From the NCBI GenBank assembly GCA_964016885.1, contig OZ024743.1, positions 45,942,001-46,006,000 of the forward strand: a stretch of DNA of 64,000 bases. The letters run 5' to 3'. Within the stretch, counting starts at the first letter, position 1. Each line of letters starts with the position of its first letter. The DNA is from Eledone cirrhosa. Lineage: Eukaryota. The notes beneath the pieces are model-generated. The model saw only the letters and a list, made by a program, of their open reading frames with translations. It was not told the DNA's origin and made no database searches. This document shows, in pieces, positions 25,977 to 39,500 of this stretch. The translations under genes and the position numbers were made by a program.

Positions 25977-28379
25977 TGCGTGCGCGTGTGTGTGTGTGTG
26001 TATGAACACAGCCAATTTTTTTCCAGAGAAAGAGAAAAAAAGTGAAGGAGAGAATGAACTCCAATACAGGACTGGTAATTTATTTATAGATCTCGAAAAA
26101 GGAAAACTCAAAGTTGCCCTCAGTGGAATTTCAACTCAGATCTGAGACTAATGCCTCAAAGCATTTTATCTAACATTCTGACAAATCTGCTAAATAGCAA
26201 TCTATAATGATAAAGTTGATATTTATCAGAATTACTATTGAGATTTTAATCATATAAACATATTTTAATTTCTCTATCGCTTATTACTTTTTATTAGCGA
26301 TTTCAACACAATAACTTCATTTTTCTCTTATTTAAAATGTTCGAACCCTAGAATTTATTTCAATTATCTACAAAATACACTCGAATAAATCACATATTTG
26401 TTCGTTTAAGCAATATGGATAATACACTTCCTGAATTAACTGAAGCAATCGATTTTTATGAATTTAAAGTCAAATTCAAACAATGTTTATATATTTCTAA
26501 TCATCGTTATTCGTTTATGTTTTCTCTCTGCCAAATGAAGTTTACATATATTATTTTCCAATATTTTCCAATCTGATCTAATATTTTATTTGGTTTTGAG
26601 TTTTTTGTTTTTCGAAATGTTATATTTGCTTATCCAAACTAAATTATATTGGTTAATGCAGATTTTCCCCAATTCTTCTGACGCCCCCTTTTAGAGAATA
26701 TATTTTACCATGTCCCCTCCCCCGTAAATTTGATTTTAAAAATTATACATTCAAAAATAAATTTTTAAAGCATTTATTGAATAGCTAAATGTGACAGTTT
26801 TACGAGCAACAACTAATCTGTATTTTTTACCCTTTTCTTCCCACATCACTCCTTACCTCCTAACGACCTCCAACTATCTCCTTCTCTTCCAGTGCCTCAT
26901 TTCAGTTTTCAAAGAATCAGTGCCTTAGTTAGGCACATTTAAACTGACGAATATTCTGCATGTTTTTGTTAGGTTTAATTCCTATCATTACTACCATATA
27001 ATCATATTATTTCGATCCTTTACATCATAGTCGTTAAGAAGTTCGCTTCACAACCATGCGGTTTCGAGTTCGATAGCACAACATGGCATCATGAAACTTT
27101 GAAAGTTAACCAAAAACGTATTTGCTAACATCATATCTACTGCCCCAGGTGCCTATTTACAGCTTGCTGTACATGACGTTTTAAGAGTGAGGTCTTTGGG
27201 TAGCAGACTTAATCCACCACCTTGTTTAACAATAACACATAGCCTTTAGCGGAGTAGACTCTGTTTCAAGCACCCGGACCAGGTCCCGGGTTTAAAGATA
27301 CACTTCTCTTGTACTTCCACCTGTCTTGGGGGCTCTGAAAGGGCCATGGGCCATGTACTTCTCTCCATGAATAAAATAGAAGGAAACCTGGACGACGTAC
27401 GTTACAAGAAATAACACCTCTTTGCTCGAGGTGCTTGTTGAGGAGACAGCAAAAAGGACAGCGATATATCTGAACCTCCACCTGAAAAGCACTCAGAGCT
27501 TCTGTACATCCCGATAGAAGAATTTGACGTGGTAGTGGGTTAGAGAGGACAGTGATGTCGAATCGATGTGAACTGCTGATTTATTAAGTATCAGTTTGAC
27601 ACCATTTTAGCTCGACCAGCTGTGATTCTTGAATTATGATAACTATATCAAAGAACAATGAAAGTTAAATGTCAAAAGTTAATTCGAGATCGTAAATTGT
27701 AAATGTATTGCTAGAAATGTTAATCATGAATTCATATACATTTTAAAATAAATACTATTGCAATTTAGTTGATTGGAGAGAGGTTATTTTATAAGTTACT
27801 AATGCAGCCTAGCAGTGACACATTTTTAGTTTGGTTTAACATAGAAGATGAAACCAATTGTTAATTTGAAAATATCCTAATTTCCTAAAATAAGTAAATA
27901 GAATGTATCTCTTTGATCTCAATATAAGTTCAGCTTTCAATTCAACAAGGATAATTCAAAAGAAACAGGTGTTTACTTTTATTATAAATATCATTGAATA
28001 GACTGGGCGGAGGAAAGGCTGGTGAAGAAATAGACAGAGTGACAAACGATAAATTAGAGATATTTTGTTACGTATATTTACTTTCTGAGTTCAAATTCTG
28101 TTGATTTTTGTTCATCCTTACGGGCAGAGAGGATAATTAAAAACTAATTACTGGGAACAACTAGATGAATCTATGAATTATACCAACTGCACCATTTTTG
28201 AATAATAAGATAATTTGCATCTCACGCTCTTCCTTCTGAGGAACTGTTCCGCTCTTCACAAATTTCTCTTGGCGCTGCACGGTACGCATTGTCACACTCA
28301 CACGAATCGCTTCAACAAACCTGACTCCACAATCCTTTAATTCCTCTGAACTCATCTGTAATGTTAGTTTTGATGCCGC

Positions 28380-29240
28380 CGGCTGGCGACAGACGAAACT
28401 CCCCGTGAGATTCAGTAGTCTAGGACTCCGCTCAGCATCTGACCCAGCATTACAAAACTTTGTATGTTCCATCATTTTCAGCCATACCCTCATCAGTGAG
28501 GTTCTTTGCGAGATGTCAAACCCAGAGGTATACTGGGAACTCGAGTCAGCTTTGGCCGTTTGGGTTGACGATGGCTTCACCATCCTCCTATACAGACTAC
28601 CAACGCAGCTGGGACAACATCAAATGCAGGTCAACCTTCATGCGGATCGAATCTTCCCTAATGCAGCACCGTCTCGTCTAGCCAAAAAGCAGCGCGTGGA
28701 TCAATTCGATGCCTTCTAAAATTAAATCATACCTTTCTTGATGATCAGTACACCTGCATCAGAGTGGCCCAGTGCCTTGATCTCAATGTGTGTGAGTGTG
28801 TGAACTATTTAAAAGCCAGTCATGATGAATGAGCCCGAGCTACACCCACTCTCTTGTTGCCACAGTGTAGGCCGGGTCTCTGGCCACGCCACCTTGAATG
28901 ACGTCGTCAATAGGAAATTTGACATAGTCGATTTTCCATCACAACTGGAGCCTGTCGGCCCCGGCCGTGGTGATGGCAAGAGCCCAGATGGGATAAGCCT
29001 TTTTCTGTTTAAGGAGGTAAATCTCTAATCTGGGAGCACATATATTATGACACGTTCTCCGCATATAATCTCGTCCCTTGTGTCACAAAGGCGGCACTGC
29101 CTTTTGTTAAACAACACAGAAGAGTAAAGGACCTTCAAATACTAGGATTTCACTGACCGCTTCCTTTTTCTGATGGTCAGCGTCGGAACCTTTGATATCC
29201 CCGGTCTCCGAGCTGCCGTTTTCCTCCGCAAAATTGAAAG
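28380..29240 (+). mobile_element. Decayed RLE non-LTR retrotransposon 3' remnant (CRE-like)
   Basis: Translations include R..SLGLRSASD, HPLSC..GR..H..LND and EPVGPGRGDGKSPDG (PD..WD nuclease). Clade assignment is inferred. Confidence 0.65.
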
Positions 29241-30552
29241 GAACGCATCTCGCGAGGCGCAGCTACAATATACCACCTAGACTGGAGTATAAAGTTTGCC
29301 GCTACCTCTCACCTTTCCCTTACTTTCGCTATTTACTTTGTTCTTCTTTCTTTTTCTTTCTTTATTACAATCATTATAAAACAATCGAAATTTGTTAAAT
29401 AAGGCCTTCGGATATTTAATTGAATTTTAATTCTCTTCTTTCCCAAAATGTTTGATATTAAAGAAATATAGTTTAGGAAAATGTCAAACGAGCACATTTT
29501 GATAAGTATTGATTTAAAAATATTACAATCACTAAGTTAGTTTGGTTTTTGCAAGACTAAAAATAGATGCTTTGAACACTAAATGTTTGCAATAGTAATT
29601 ATAACCAGAGTAGTTAGCATTATCGTTTCAAGTATATGAGTGGAGAGTTGGTTGAATCGTTAGAGCCTCAAAAAGATTGACATACTTAGACACATTTATA
29701 TAAGGAAGGGTTTTTAATAACGTGGTGGCTTTGGGGAAAAAACTATTGACTGCGTAACATGTGGGCTCACTGGAATAGTACGAGTTCTCTTTCTACCTGT
29801 AATAAATGTAACTTGTTAGTGTTCTCATCTGCATGATCATTTTGTTTTTATATAATCATCTATTTTGCTGTTGTTCTGAATAGTTCTCGTGTGTTCTTCT
29901 ACTTCCCTATTATTGCATTAATGAATAATATATTACTATCTCTCGCTTTATTCAAAGAATCTGCCTAAGGAGCTGTCAGATATGCTGGATATGGTTTTCT
30001 CTATATTCAGGAATATTTTATTATGTTGTGTACATTTATTTCTACATATCTACTTAAAAAGACGGCGAATTAGTCATCAGAGCGTCGGATTAAAAATATG
30101 TCTCAGTATTTTCTCCGAGTTCAAATCCCGTTAACGTCAATGTTGCTTTTCATTCTTTCGAGATCGATACATATAATACCAGTCTAATATATAGTTCGAT
30201 TACTTCTCTATTTATCTTTCTTTCTTTCGTTGTCTGGAAGAAATTGGCCACATTTGAACCTGGAACGTAATGGCCTCAGCTAGATATAAATTGCCCAAAA
30301 CACGTCGTGTGTCAGAACCTCTATGAGTCCATGAAGAATTAAGGACACTTTACTATTTTTTATCTATTTGTTGGTGCTCCCCTGTTGTAGTTTCTATATT
30401 GTTTACAGATTGGTATTGCTCTTTTATACATATATAAAAGACGTTGAATTAGCATGCAATGTCTATATTTATTTTCTGAATTATATATGTTCTGAGTTCA
30501 AATCCCGCCATGGTCAACTTCTCCTTTCATCCTTCCTAGATTGATAGATATA

Positions 30553-30741
30553 ATTGTTTCTACTTTTGTCACAAGGCCAGCAATTACCCAGTGCATTACT
30601 GGTACTTTATTTTATAGACCCCGTAAGGATGAAAGGCAAAGTTAACCTCGGCGGGATTTGAACTCAGAACATAAAGGGCCGTAACTCTTTGCTGCAAAGC
30701 ATGGCGTCCAACCCTCTACGGATACTGCCAATCCACCGCCC
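30553..30741 (-). mobile_element. SINE, full length
   Basis: Reverse complement of the 16141-16320 family. Confidence 0.85.
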
Positions 30742-31989
30742 TATTGACAGATGCTGATAGATTGATAGATGTAATACCAGTTAATGCCCCACAGATGAAA
30801 TCACGAAAGCATTGCCACGGAGAACAGTCAGCAACAGGCAAAATTATATTTCCTTAATGTCAAACTTTGGGGTAAAGAAGGGAAATAAAATTCAATAAAA
30901 TATTCAAATTTCAGTTGGTTTATATAATGGTTGCAATAAAAGAAAAGAAAAATAAAGAAAACAAAATGTAAATAGTGAGAGTAGAGGAAAGGTGGGAGGT
31001 AGTAGCAGACTCTATACTCTTATCAATGTGATATATCGTAGCCGCACCTCGCAAATAAAATAGTGAAGACATTGCCGTGGAGAGCGACACCCTTTGCACT
31101 AGCCACTCCACCTTGCGGGACACCTTCCTCGAGCGGAATGCAGTCCTTCCAATTTTGCTGAGGAAAACGGTAGTTCAGGGATGGGAGATATCAGAGGTTC
31201 CGATGCCGACCATCACGAAAAGGAAGCAGTCAATCCAGTCGCGGCATTTGGTATCGACTTCGCTGCGCTGTCGTGGCTAATTATTGGTTTCTACCTGAAA
31301 ACTGAAAAGTTCCTTTCCCAAGGACAATCCGCGTAAGATGTTTGTAGAAAACCAGCAGTTACTGATGTTGTTCAAGGGAGAGGCAAAAGACGATACAGCT
31401 TGGCACCAGTAATATCACAGGTGAATTCAGAATGTAAATATCCGAATGAGATACCGCAAAGCATCCCGTTCAACACTTTGACAATTCCGCCAGTCCATCA
31501 CGGCTGGAGAACTCTGATATTTATCAACCCCAAAAGAATAAAACGCAAAGTTGACCTCGGTGAAATTTGAAGTAAGAGCGCATAAAGTCGGAACCTGCCA
31601 ATTTACCACTAGACAAGGTTTAGTAAGACTGAAATACGTCAGTAGCTGTCGAGTTGCTTGTTAACGATCGGGTTCTTCCCAACATGCAAATTAAATTTGT
31701 GAAATTAATCCTTAATCTCTTGAAATATCTCTCCTTTTCTCTGAATGTCGCTAACGATTACCTTCTGGTTTTTGGTTTTTATCTCCAAATAAGAGGGAAA
31801 CTTCAATCAATTGAGAATCTTTTGTGTACGTCATTCAATAATCGCTCTAATTCAATAATCGCTCTACGATTTATCTAAATTAATGAACGCGCTTGGTATA
31901 CTTGAGTTATTTCCCTTAGCTCATTATATATATATATATATATATTTCTTTTTTCGTTAAGTAGATGTATCGTAAATGCTGTCACAATC

Positions 31990-31997
31990 GAAATAGC

Positions 31998-32082
<85 letters not shown>

Positions 32083-32085
32083 CTC

Positions 32086-32161
<76 letters not shown>

Positions 32162-32346
32162 TATCTCTCTATTCCTGTCTATCTCTGTAATCTGTCTGCC
32201 TCCGTTTCTCTCTCACTACTTATTACTCTGTCTGTCTATTTCTCTATCGCTTTATGTATATCACTGTATCTCTATCTATCGGCCGCTGTCTCATATTTTC
32301 TCCCCCTCTCTCTATCTCTTTCTCCTCTCTCTTTGCCTCTGTCTCT

Positions 32347-32382
<36 letters not shown>

Positions 32383-32435
32383 GAGTCATTGTATGTCTCT
32401 CCCCCTCTTCTTCCCTCTCTCTCTCTCTCTCACTC
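31990..32435. repeat. (CT)n-rich polypyrimidine microsatellite
   Basis: Seen directly. Confidence 0.9.
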
Positions 32436-32998
32436 TGCGATGAAAACCTACTTATAATACATCACTACAAACTTTAGCTTCAAGGCATTCCCAAAGAAAT
32501 CTGCCAATGTTTTTATTAATAAGTTTTAGAAGTCAACGATATCATTCTCGTTATTTAATATAGTCGCAGGGAAGAAAATGTTTCTTGATATATTGTGAAG
32601 CAGTGGTTAATGGAAGGTGTAGAAACCGAGTGTAGGGTGTTCAGATGTCTATGGATAAGAAATTGAAAGTAAAACACAGACATTTCAGTGTAAAATGGAA
32701 ATATCAAGATAATAATTTAACTGATTCGGAGAAAACCTTATTATCAAATTACACCTTTAAACAGTTTCGATAGAATCTCTTTTCTTAGAGCAATGATAAT
32801 AGAAAAAAATATATATGCCTCCTAACTATTAAATTAATGTCAATTAACAGTCTCTCAGACAATAGTATCAGCAGATATCAGGTGATTACTTGATTACCAA
32901 AGTACTTCTGTAATTACTTGAGATAATAATTATATTGTCCATTCAATGAAACAATGAAAAGTACATGTAAAATTTGTTGGTGTTATAATTACTTCCTT

Positions 32999-33140
32999 TG
33001 CAGCATAGAGTTATGTCCCTTTATGATCTGAGTTCAAATCCTGCCGAGGTTAACTTTGCCTTTCATCCTTACGGGGTCGATAAAATAAAGTACCAGTAAT
33101 GTACTGAGTAATTGCTGGCCTTATGCCAAAAGTACAAACA
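32999..33140 (+). mobile_element. 5'-truncated SINE with target-site duplication
   Basis: gttataattacttcctt on both sides. Confidence 0.82.
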
Positions 33141-33192
33141 GTTATAATTACTTCCTTCGATGTTTTATTAAATATGATTTCTAAACCATATA

Positions 33193-33440
33193 CAGTGAAC
33201 CGCCGGCATTCGCGGTTCTGGTTATTCGCGGGATTTTTCTTAGACACCTAACTAATAATTGTTCGTTCGTAGAAACCACCGCATATTCGCGGAATCGTAA
33301 ATATCTTCCACGATTTTTTAATGTTTTTTTGTGACAATATATTAATATATTTTTTCACGCTTTTTAACGCTCAATTATTAATAACAATATACCGTATTTG
33401 CCTATTAATAACAATATACGGTATTTGCCTATACCTGCCT
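33193..33440 (+). mobile_element. pogo/Tigger-like MITE left end, truncated
   Basis: TA|CAGTGAACC start with repeated ATTCGCGG subterminal motifs; no right end seen. Confidence 0.5.
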
Positions 33441-33549
33441 ATGTTTTACTGCCGGTCGCAATTCCTGGCAGAAGGAACTGGGATTTGAACTCAGAATTTA
33501 CAAATCCGGAACAGTTACAGCAAAGCTCCCCTCTAACACTTTAAGAAAA

Positions 33550-36500
33550 CTACCAATCTGCCAACTCTTTGACTAACCTACCAATATTCCAATTCTTAAA
33601 CTACCCTACTAATCTGCTAACTCTTTGACTACCCTCCCAATCTGCCAACTATTTGAATACCCAACAAATCTGCCAACTCTTTAACTACCCTACCAATCTG
33701 CCAACTCTTTGACTATTCTACCCATCTGCCAACTCTTTGACAAGCTTTCAAATCTGTCAAATTTTTGACAACGTAACCACTCTGCCAACTCTTTGACAAA
33801 CCTATCAATCTGCCAACTCTTCGACAACCCTACTAATCGTCCAACACTTTAACTAACCTACCAATCTGCCAACTCATTGACTACCCTACCAATAAGCCAA
33901 CTCTTTGCAACCATACCAATCGGCAACTCTTTGACAACTCTACAAATCTGCCAATTCTTTGTTTACCCTACCAATCTTCCAACTCTAAACTACCCTACTA
34001 ATCTGTCAACTCTTTGACTACCCTACCAAACTTCCAACTCTTTGACTACCCTACTAATGTGCCAACCCTTTGACAACCCTACCAATCTGCCAACTCTTTG
34101 ACTACCCTACCAATCTGCCAACTCTTTGACTACCCTACCAATCTGCTAACTCTTTGACTACCCTACCAATCTGTCAACTCTGGGACTACCCTACCAATCT
34201 GCCAACTCTATGACTACCCTAGCAATCTGCCAACTCTTTGACTACCCTGAAAGTCTGCCAACTCTTTGACTACCCTGCCAATCTGCCAACTCTTTGACTA
34301 CCCTTCCAATCTGCCAACTCTTTAAATAACCTACCAAACTGCCAACTCGTTGACAAACCTACCGATCTGCCACATCTTTGGCAACAATACCAATCTGCCA
34401 ACTCTTTGACTACCCTACCAATATTCCAACTCTTAAACTACCCTACTGATCTGCCAACTCTTTGACTACCCTACCAATCTGCCAACTCTTTGAAAACCCT
34501 ACCAATCTGCCAACTCTTTAACTAACCTACAAATCTGCCAAATCTTTAACTTGCCTACCAATCTGCCAACCCTTTGACTACCCTACCAATATTCCAACTC
34601 TTAAACTACCATACTGATCTGCCAACTGTTTGACTACCCTACCAATCTGCCAACTCTTTGACAAACATTCAAATCTGTCAGATCTTATACAACGTAACCG
34701 ATCTGCCAACTCTTTCACAAACCTATCAATCTGCCAACTCTTTGACAACACTACCAAACTTCCAACTCTTTAACTAACCTACCAATCTGCCAACTCTTTA
34801 ACTAACCTACCAATCTGCCAACTCTTTGACTACCCTACCAATCTTCCAACTCTAAACTACCCTACCAAACTTCCAACTCTTTGACTACCCTACTAATCTG
34901 CCAACCCTTTGACAACCCTACCATACTCCCAACTCTTTGAGTAACCTACCGATCTGCCAAATCTTTAACTAACCTACCAATCTGCCAACTCGTTGACAAC
35001 CCTGCCGATCTGCCAACTCTTTGACAACCATATCAATCTGCCAACTCTTTGACTACCCTACCAATATTCCAATTCTTAAACTACCCTAATAATCTGTCAA
35101 CTCTTTGACTACCCTCCCAATCCGCCAACTCTTTGAATACCCAACCTATCTGCCAACTCTATAACTACCCTACAATTCTGCCAAATCTTTAACTACCTTA
35201 CCAATCTGCCAACTCTTTGACTATTCTACCCATCTGCCAACTCTTTGACAAGCTTTCAAATCTGTCAAATTTTTGACAGCGTAAATAATCTGCCAACTCT
35301 TTGACAAACCTATCAATCTGCCAACTCTTCGACAACCCTACTAATCGTCCAACACTTTAACTAACCTACCAATCTGCCAACTCATTGACTACCCTACCAA
35401 TAAGCCAACTCTTTGCAACCATACCAATCGGCAACTCTTTGACAACTCTACAAATCTGCCAATTCTTTGTTTACCCTACCAATCTTCCAACTCTAAACTA
35501 CCCTACTAATCTGTCAACTCTTTGACTACCCTACCAAAATTCCAACTCTTTGACTACCCTACTAATGTGCCAACCCTTTGACAACCCTACCAATCTGCCA
35601 ACTCTTTGACTACCCTACCAATCTGCCAACTCTTTGACTACCCTACCAATCTGCTAAATCTTTGACTACCCTACCAATCTGTCAACTCTGTGACTACCCT
35701 ACCAATCTGCCAACTCTGTGACTACCCTACCAATCTGCCAACTCTTTGACTACCCTGCAAGTTTGCCAACTCTTTGACTACCCTGCCAATCTGCCAACTC
35801 TTTGACTTCCCTAACAATCTGCCAACTCTTTAAATAACCTACCAAACTGCCAACTCGTTGACAAATCTACCGATCTGCCACATCTTTGGCAACAATACCA
35901 ATCTGCCAACTCTTTGACTACCCTACCAATATTCCAACTCTTAAACTACCCTACTAATCTGCCAACTCTTTGACTACCCTACCAATCTGCCAACTCTTTG
36001 AAAACCCTACCAATCTGCCAACTCTTTAACTAACCTACAAATCTACCAAATCTTTAACTTGCCTACCAATCTGCCAACCCTTTGACTACCCTACCAATAT
36101 TCAAACTCTTAAACTACCATACTGATCTGCCAACTGTTTGACTACCCTACCAATCTGCCAATTCTTTGAAAACCCTACAAATCTGCCAAATCTTTAAATT
36201 GCCTACCAATCTGCCAAACCTTTGACTACTCTACCAATCTGCCAACTCTTTGACAAACATTCAAATCTGTCAGATCTTTCACAACGTAACCAATCTGCCA
36301 ACTCTTTCACAAACCTATCAATCTGCCAACTCTTTGACAACACTACCAATCTTCCAACGCTTTAACTAACCTACCAATCTGCCAACTCTTTGACTACCCA
36401 ACCAATCTTCCAAATCTAAACTACCCTACCAAACTTCCAACTCTTTGACTACCCTACTAATCTGCCAACCCTTTGACAACCCTACCATAGTGCCAACTCT

Positions 36501-39500
36501 TTGAGTAACCTACCGATCTGCCAAATCTTTAACTAACCTACCAATCTGCCAACTCGTTGACAACCCTGCCGATCTGCCAACTCTTTGACAACCATATCAA
36601 TCTGCCAACTCTTTGACTACCCTACCAATATTCCAATTCTTAAACTACCCTAATAATCTGCCAACTCTTTGACTACCCTCCCAATCCGCCAACTCTTTGA
36701 ATACCCAACCTATCTGCCAACTCTATAACTACCCTACAATTCTGCCAAATCTTTAACTACCTTACCAATCTGCCAACTCTTTGACTATTCTACCCATCTG
36801 CCAACTCTTTGACAAGCTTTCAAATCTGTCAAATATTTGACACCGTAAATAATCTGCCAACTCTTTGACAAACCTATCAATCTGCTAAATCTTTGACAAC
36901 CCTACCAATCGTCCAGCACTTTAACTAACCTACCAATCACTTTAACTAACCTGCCAGCTCATTGACTACCCTACCAATAAGCCAACTCTTTGTAACCATA
37001 CCAATCGGCAATTCTTTGACAACCCTACAAATCTGTCAACTCTTTGACTACCCTACAAATCAGCCAACTGTTTGACTAACCTACCAATCTTCCAAATCTT
37101 TAACTACCCTACTAATCAGCCAACTCTTTGACGACCCTACCAATCTGCCAACTCTTTGACAACCGTACCAATGTGCTAACTCTTTAACTACCCTACCAAT
37201 CAGCCAACTCTTTGACTACCCTACCAATCTTCCAACTCTTAAAATAACATCATAATCTACCAACTTTTAACAACCCTTCCAGTATTCCAACTCTTTGACT
37301 ACCCTAGCAATCTGCCCACTCCTTGACTACCCTTTCAATCTGCCAACTCTTTGACAACGATACCAATCTGCCAGTTCTGTGACTAACCTACCAATCTGCC
37401 AACTCTTTGACTTCCCTAACAATCTGCCAACTCTTTGAGTACCCTACCAATCTGCCAACTTTTTGACTACCCTTTTAATCAGACAACACTTTGATTACAT
37501 TCCCAATCTGCCAACTCTTTGACAACCCTACTAATCAGCCAACTCTTTGACTACCCGACCAATCTGCCAACTCTTTGACAACCCAAACAATCTGCCATCT
37601 CTTTGACTACCCTACCAATATGCCAACTCTTTGACTACCCTACCAATCTGCCAACTCTTTGACAACCCTACTAATCTGCCAACTCTTTCACAACCCTACA
37701 ACACTGCCAACTCTTTGACTACCCTACCAATCTGCCAACTCTTTGACAACCCAAACAATCTGCCATCTCTTTGACTACCCTACCAATCAGCCAACTCTTT
37801 GACTACCCTACCAATCTGCCAACTCTTTGACAACCCTACTAATCTGCCATCTCTTTGACTACCCTACCAAACTGCCAACTCTTTAACTAACCTACAAAAC
37901 TGCCAACTCGTTGACAACCCTGCCGATCTGCCACATCTTTGGCAACCATACCAATCTGCCAACTTTTTGAATACCCTACCAATCTGCCAACTCATTAACT
38001 AGCCTACAAATCAGCCAAATCTTTAACTACCCTACCAATCTGCCAACCCTTTGACTACACTACCAATCAGCAACTCTTTGACAACCCTACAAATCTGCCA
38101 ACTCTTTTACTACCGTACCAATCTGCCAACTCTTTGACTACCCTATCAATATGTCAACTCCTTAACTAAACTACCAAACTGCCAACTCTTTGACAACCCT
38201 GCCGATCTGCCACATCTTTGGCAACCATACCAATCTGCAAACTCTTTGACTAGCCTACCAATATTCCAAATCTTAAACTACCCTACCAATCTGCCAACTC
38301 TTTAAATACCCTACCAATCTGCGAACCCTTTGACTACTCTACCAATCTGCCAACTCTTTGACAGATTTTCAAATCTGTCAAATCTTTCACACCGTAACCA
38401 ATCTGCCAACTCTTTGACAACACTACCAATCTTCCAACTCTTTAACTAACCTACCAATCTGCCAACTCTTTGACTACCCTACCAATCAGCACCTCTTTGA
38501 CAACCCTACAAATCTGCCAACTCTTTTACTACCGTACCAATCTTCCAACTCTTTGACTACCCTACCAATATGTCAATTCCTTAACTAAACTACCAAACTG
38601 CCAACTCTTTGACAACGCTACCGAACTGCCAAATCTATGACAACACAACCAATCTTCCAACTCTTTTATTACCCTACCAATCTTACAACTCTCAACTACC
38701 CTACTAATCTGATAACTCTTTGACTACCCTACCAATCTTTCAACTCTAAACTACACTACTAATCTGCAAACTCTTTGACTACCCTGCCAATCTGTCAACT
38801 CTGTGACTAGCCTACTAATCTGCTAACTCTTTGACTACCCTACCAATCAGTCAACTCTGTGACTACCCTACCAATCTGCCAACACTTTGACTACCCTACC
38901 AATCTGCCAACTCTTTAACTAACCAACCAATCTGCCAACTCGTTGAAATCCCTACCGATCTTCCAACTGTTTGACAACCATATCAATCTGCCAACTCTTT
39001 GACTTCCCTACCAATATTCCAATTCTTAAACTACCCTACTAATCTGCCAACTCATTTACTACCCAACCAATCTGCCAACTCTTTAAGTACCCTACAATTC
39101 TGCCAAATCTTTAACTACCCTACCAATCTGCCAACTCTTTGACTGCTCTAGCCATCTGCCAACTCTTTGACAAACTTTCGAATCTGTCAAATCTTTGACA
39201 ACGTAATCAGTCTGCCAACTCTTTGACAAGCCTATCAATCTGCCAACACTTTGACAACCCTACCAATCTTCCAACTCTTTAACTAATCTACCAATCTGCC
39301 AACTCATTGACTACACTACCAATAATCCAACTCTTTGCAACCCTACCAATCGGCAACTCTTTGACAACCCTACGAATATGCCAACTCTTTGACTACCCTA
39401 CCAATCAGCAACTCTTTCATAGTCCTGCCAATCTGCCAACTTTTATACAACCCTACCAATCTGCCAACTCAGTAACTAACCTACCAAACTGCCAACTATT

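Noticed and set aside
27130-27560. GC-richer blocks here and at 5930-6070 and 31030-31420
   Set aside because: Probably TE UTR fragments, but no diagnostic motif could be identified.
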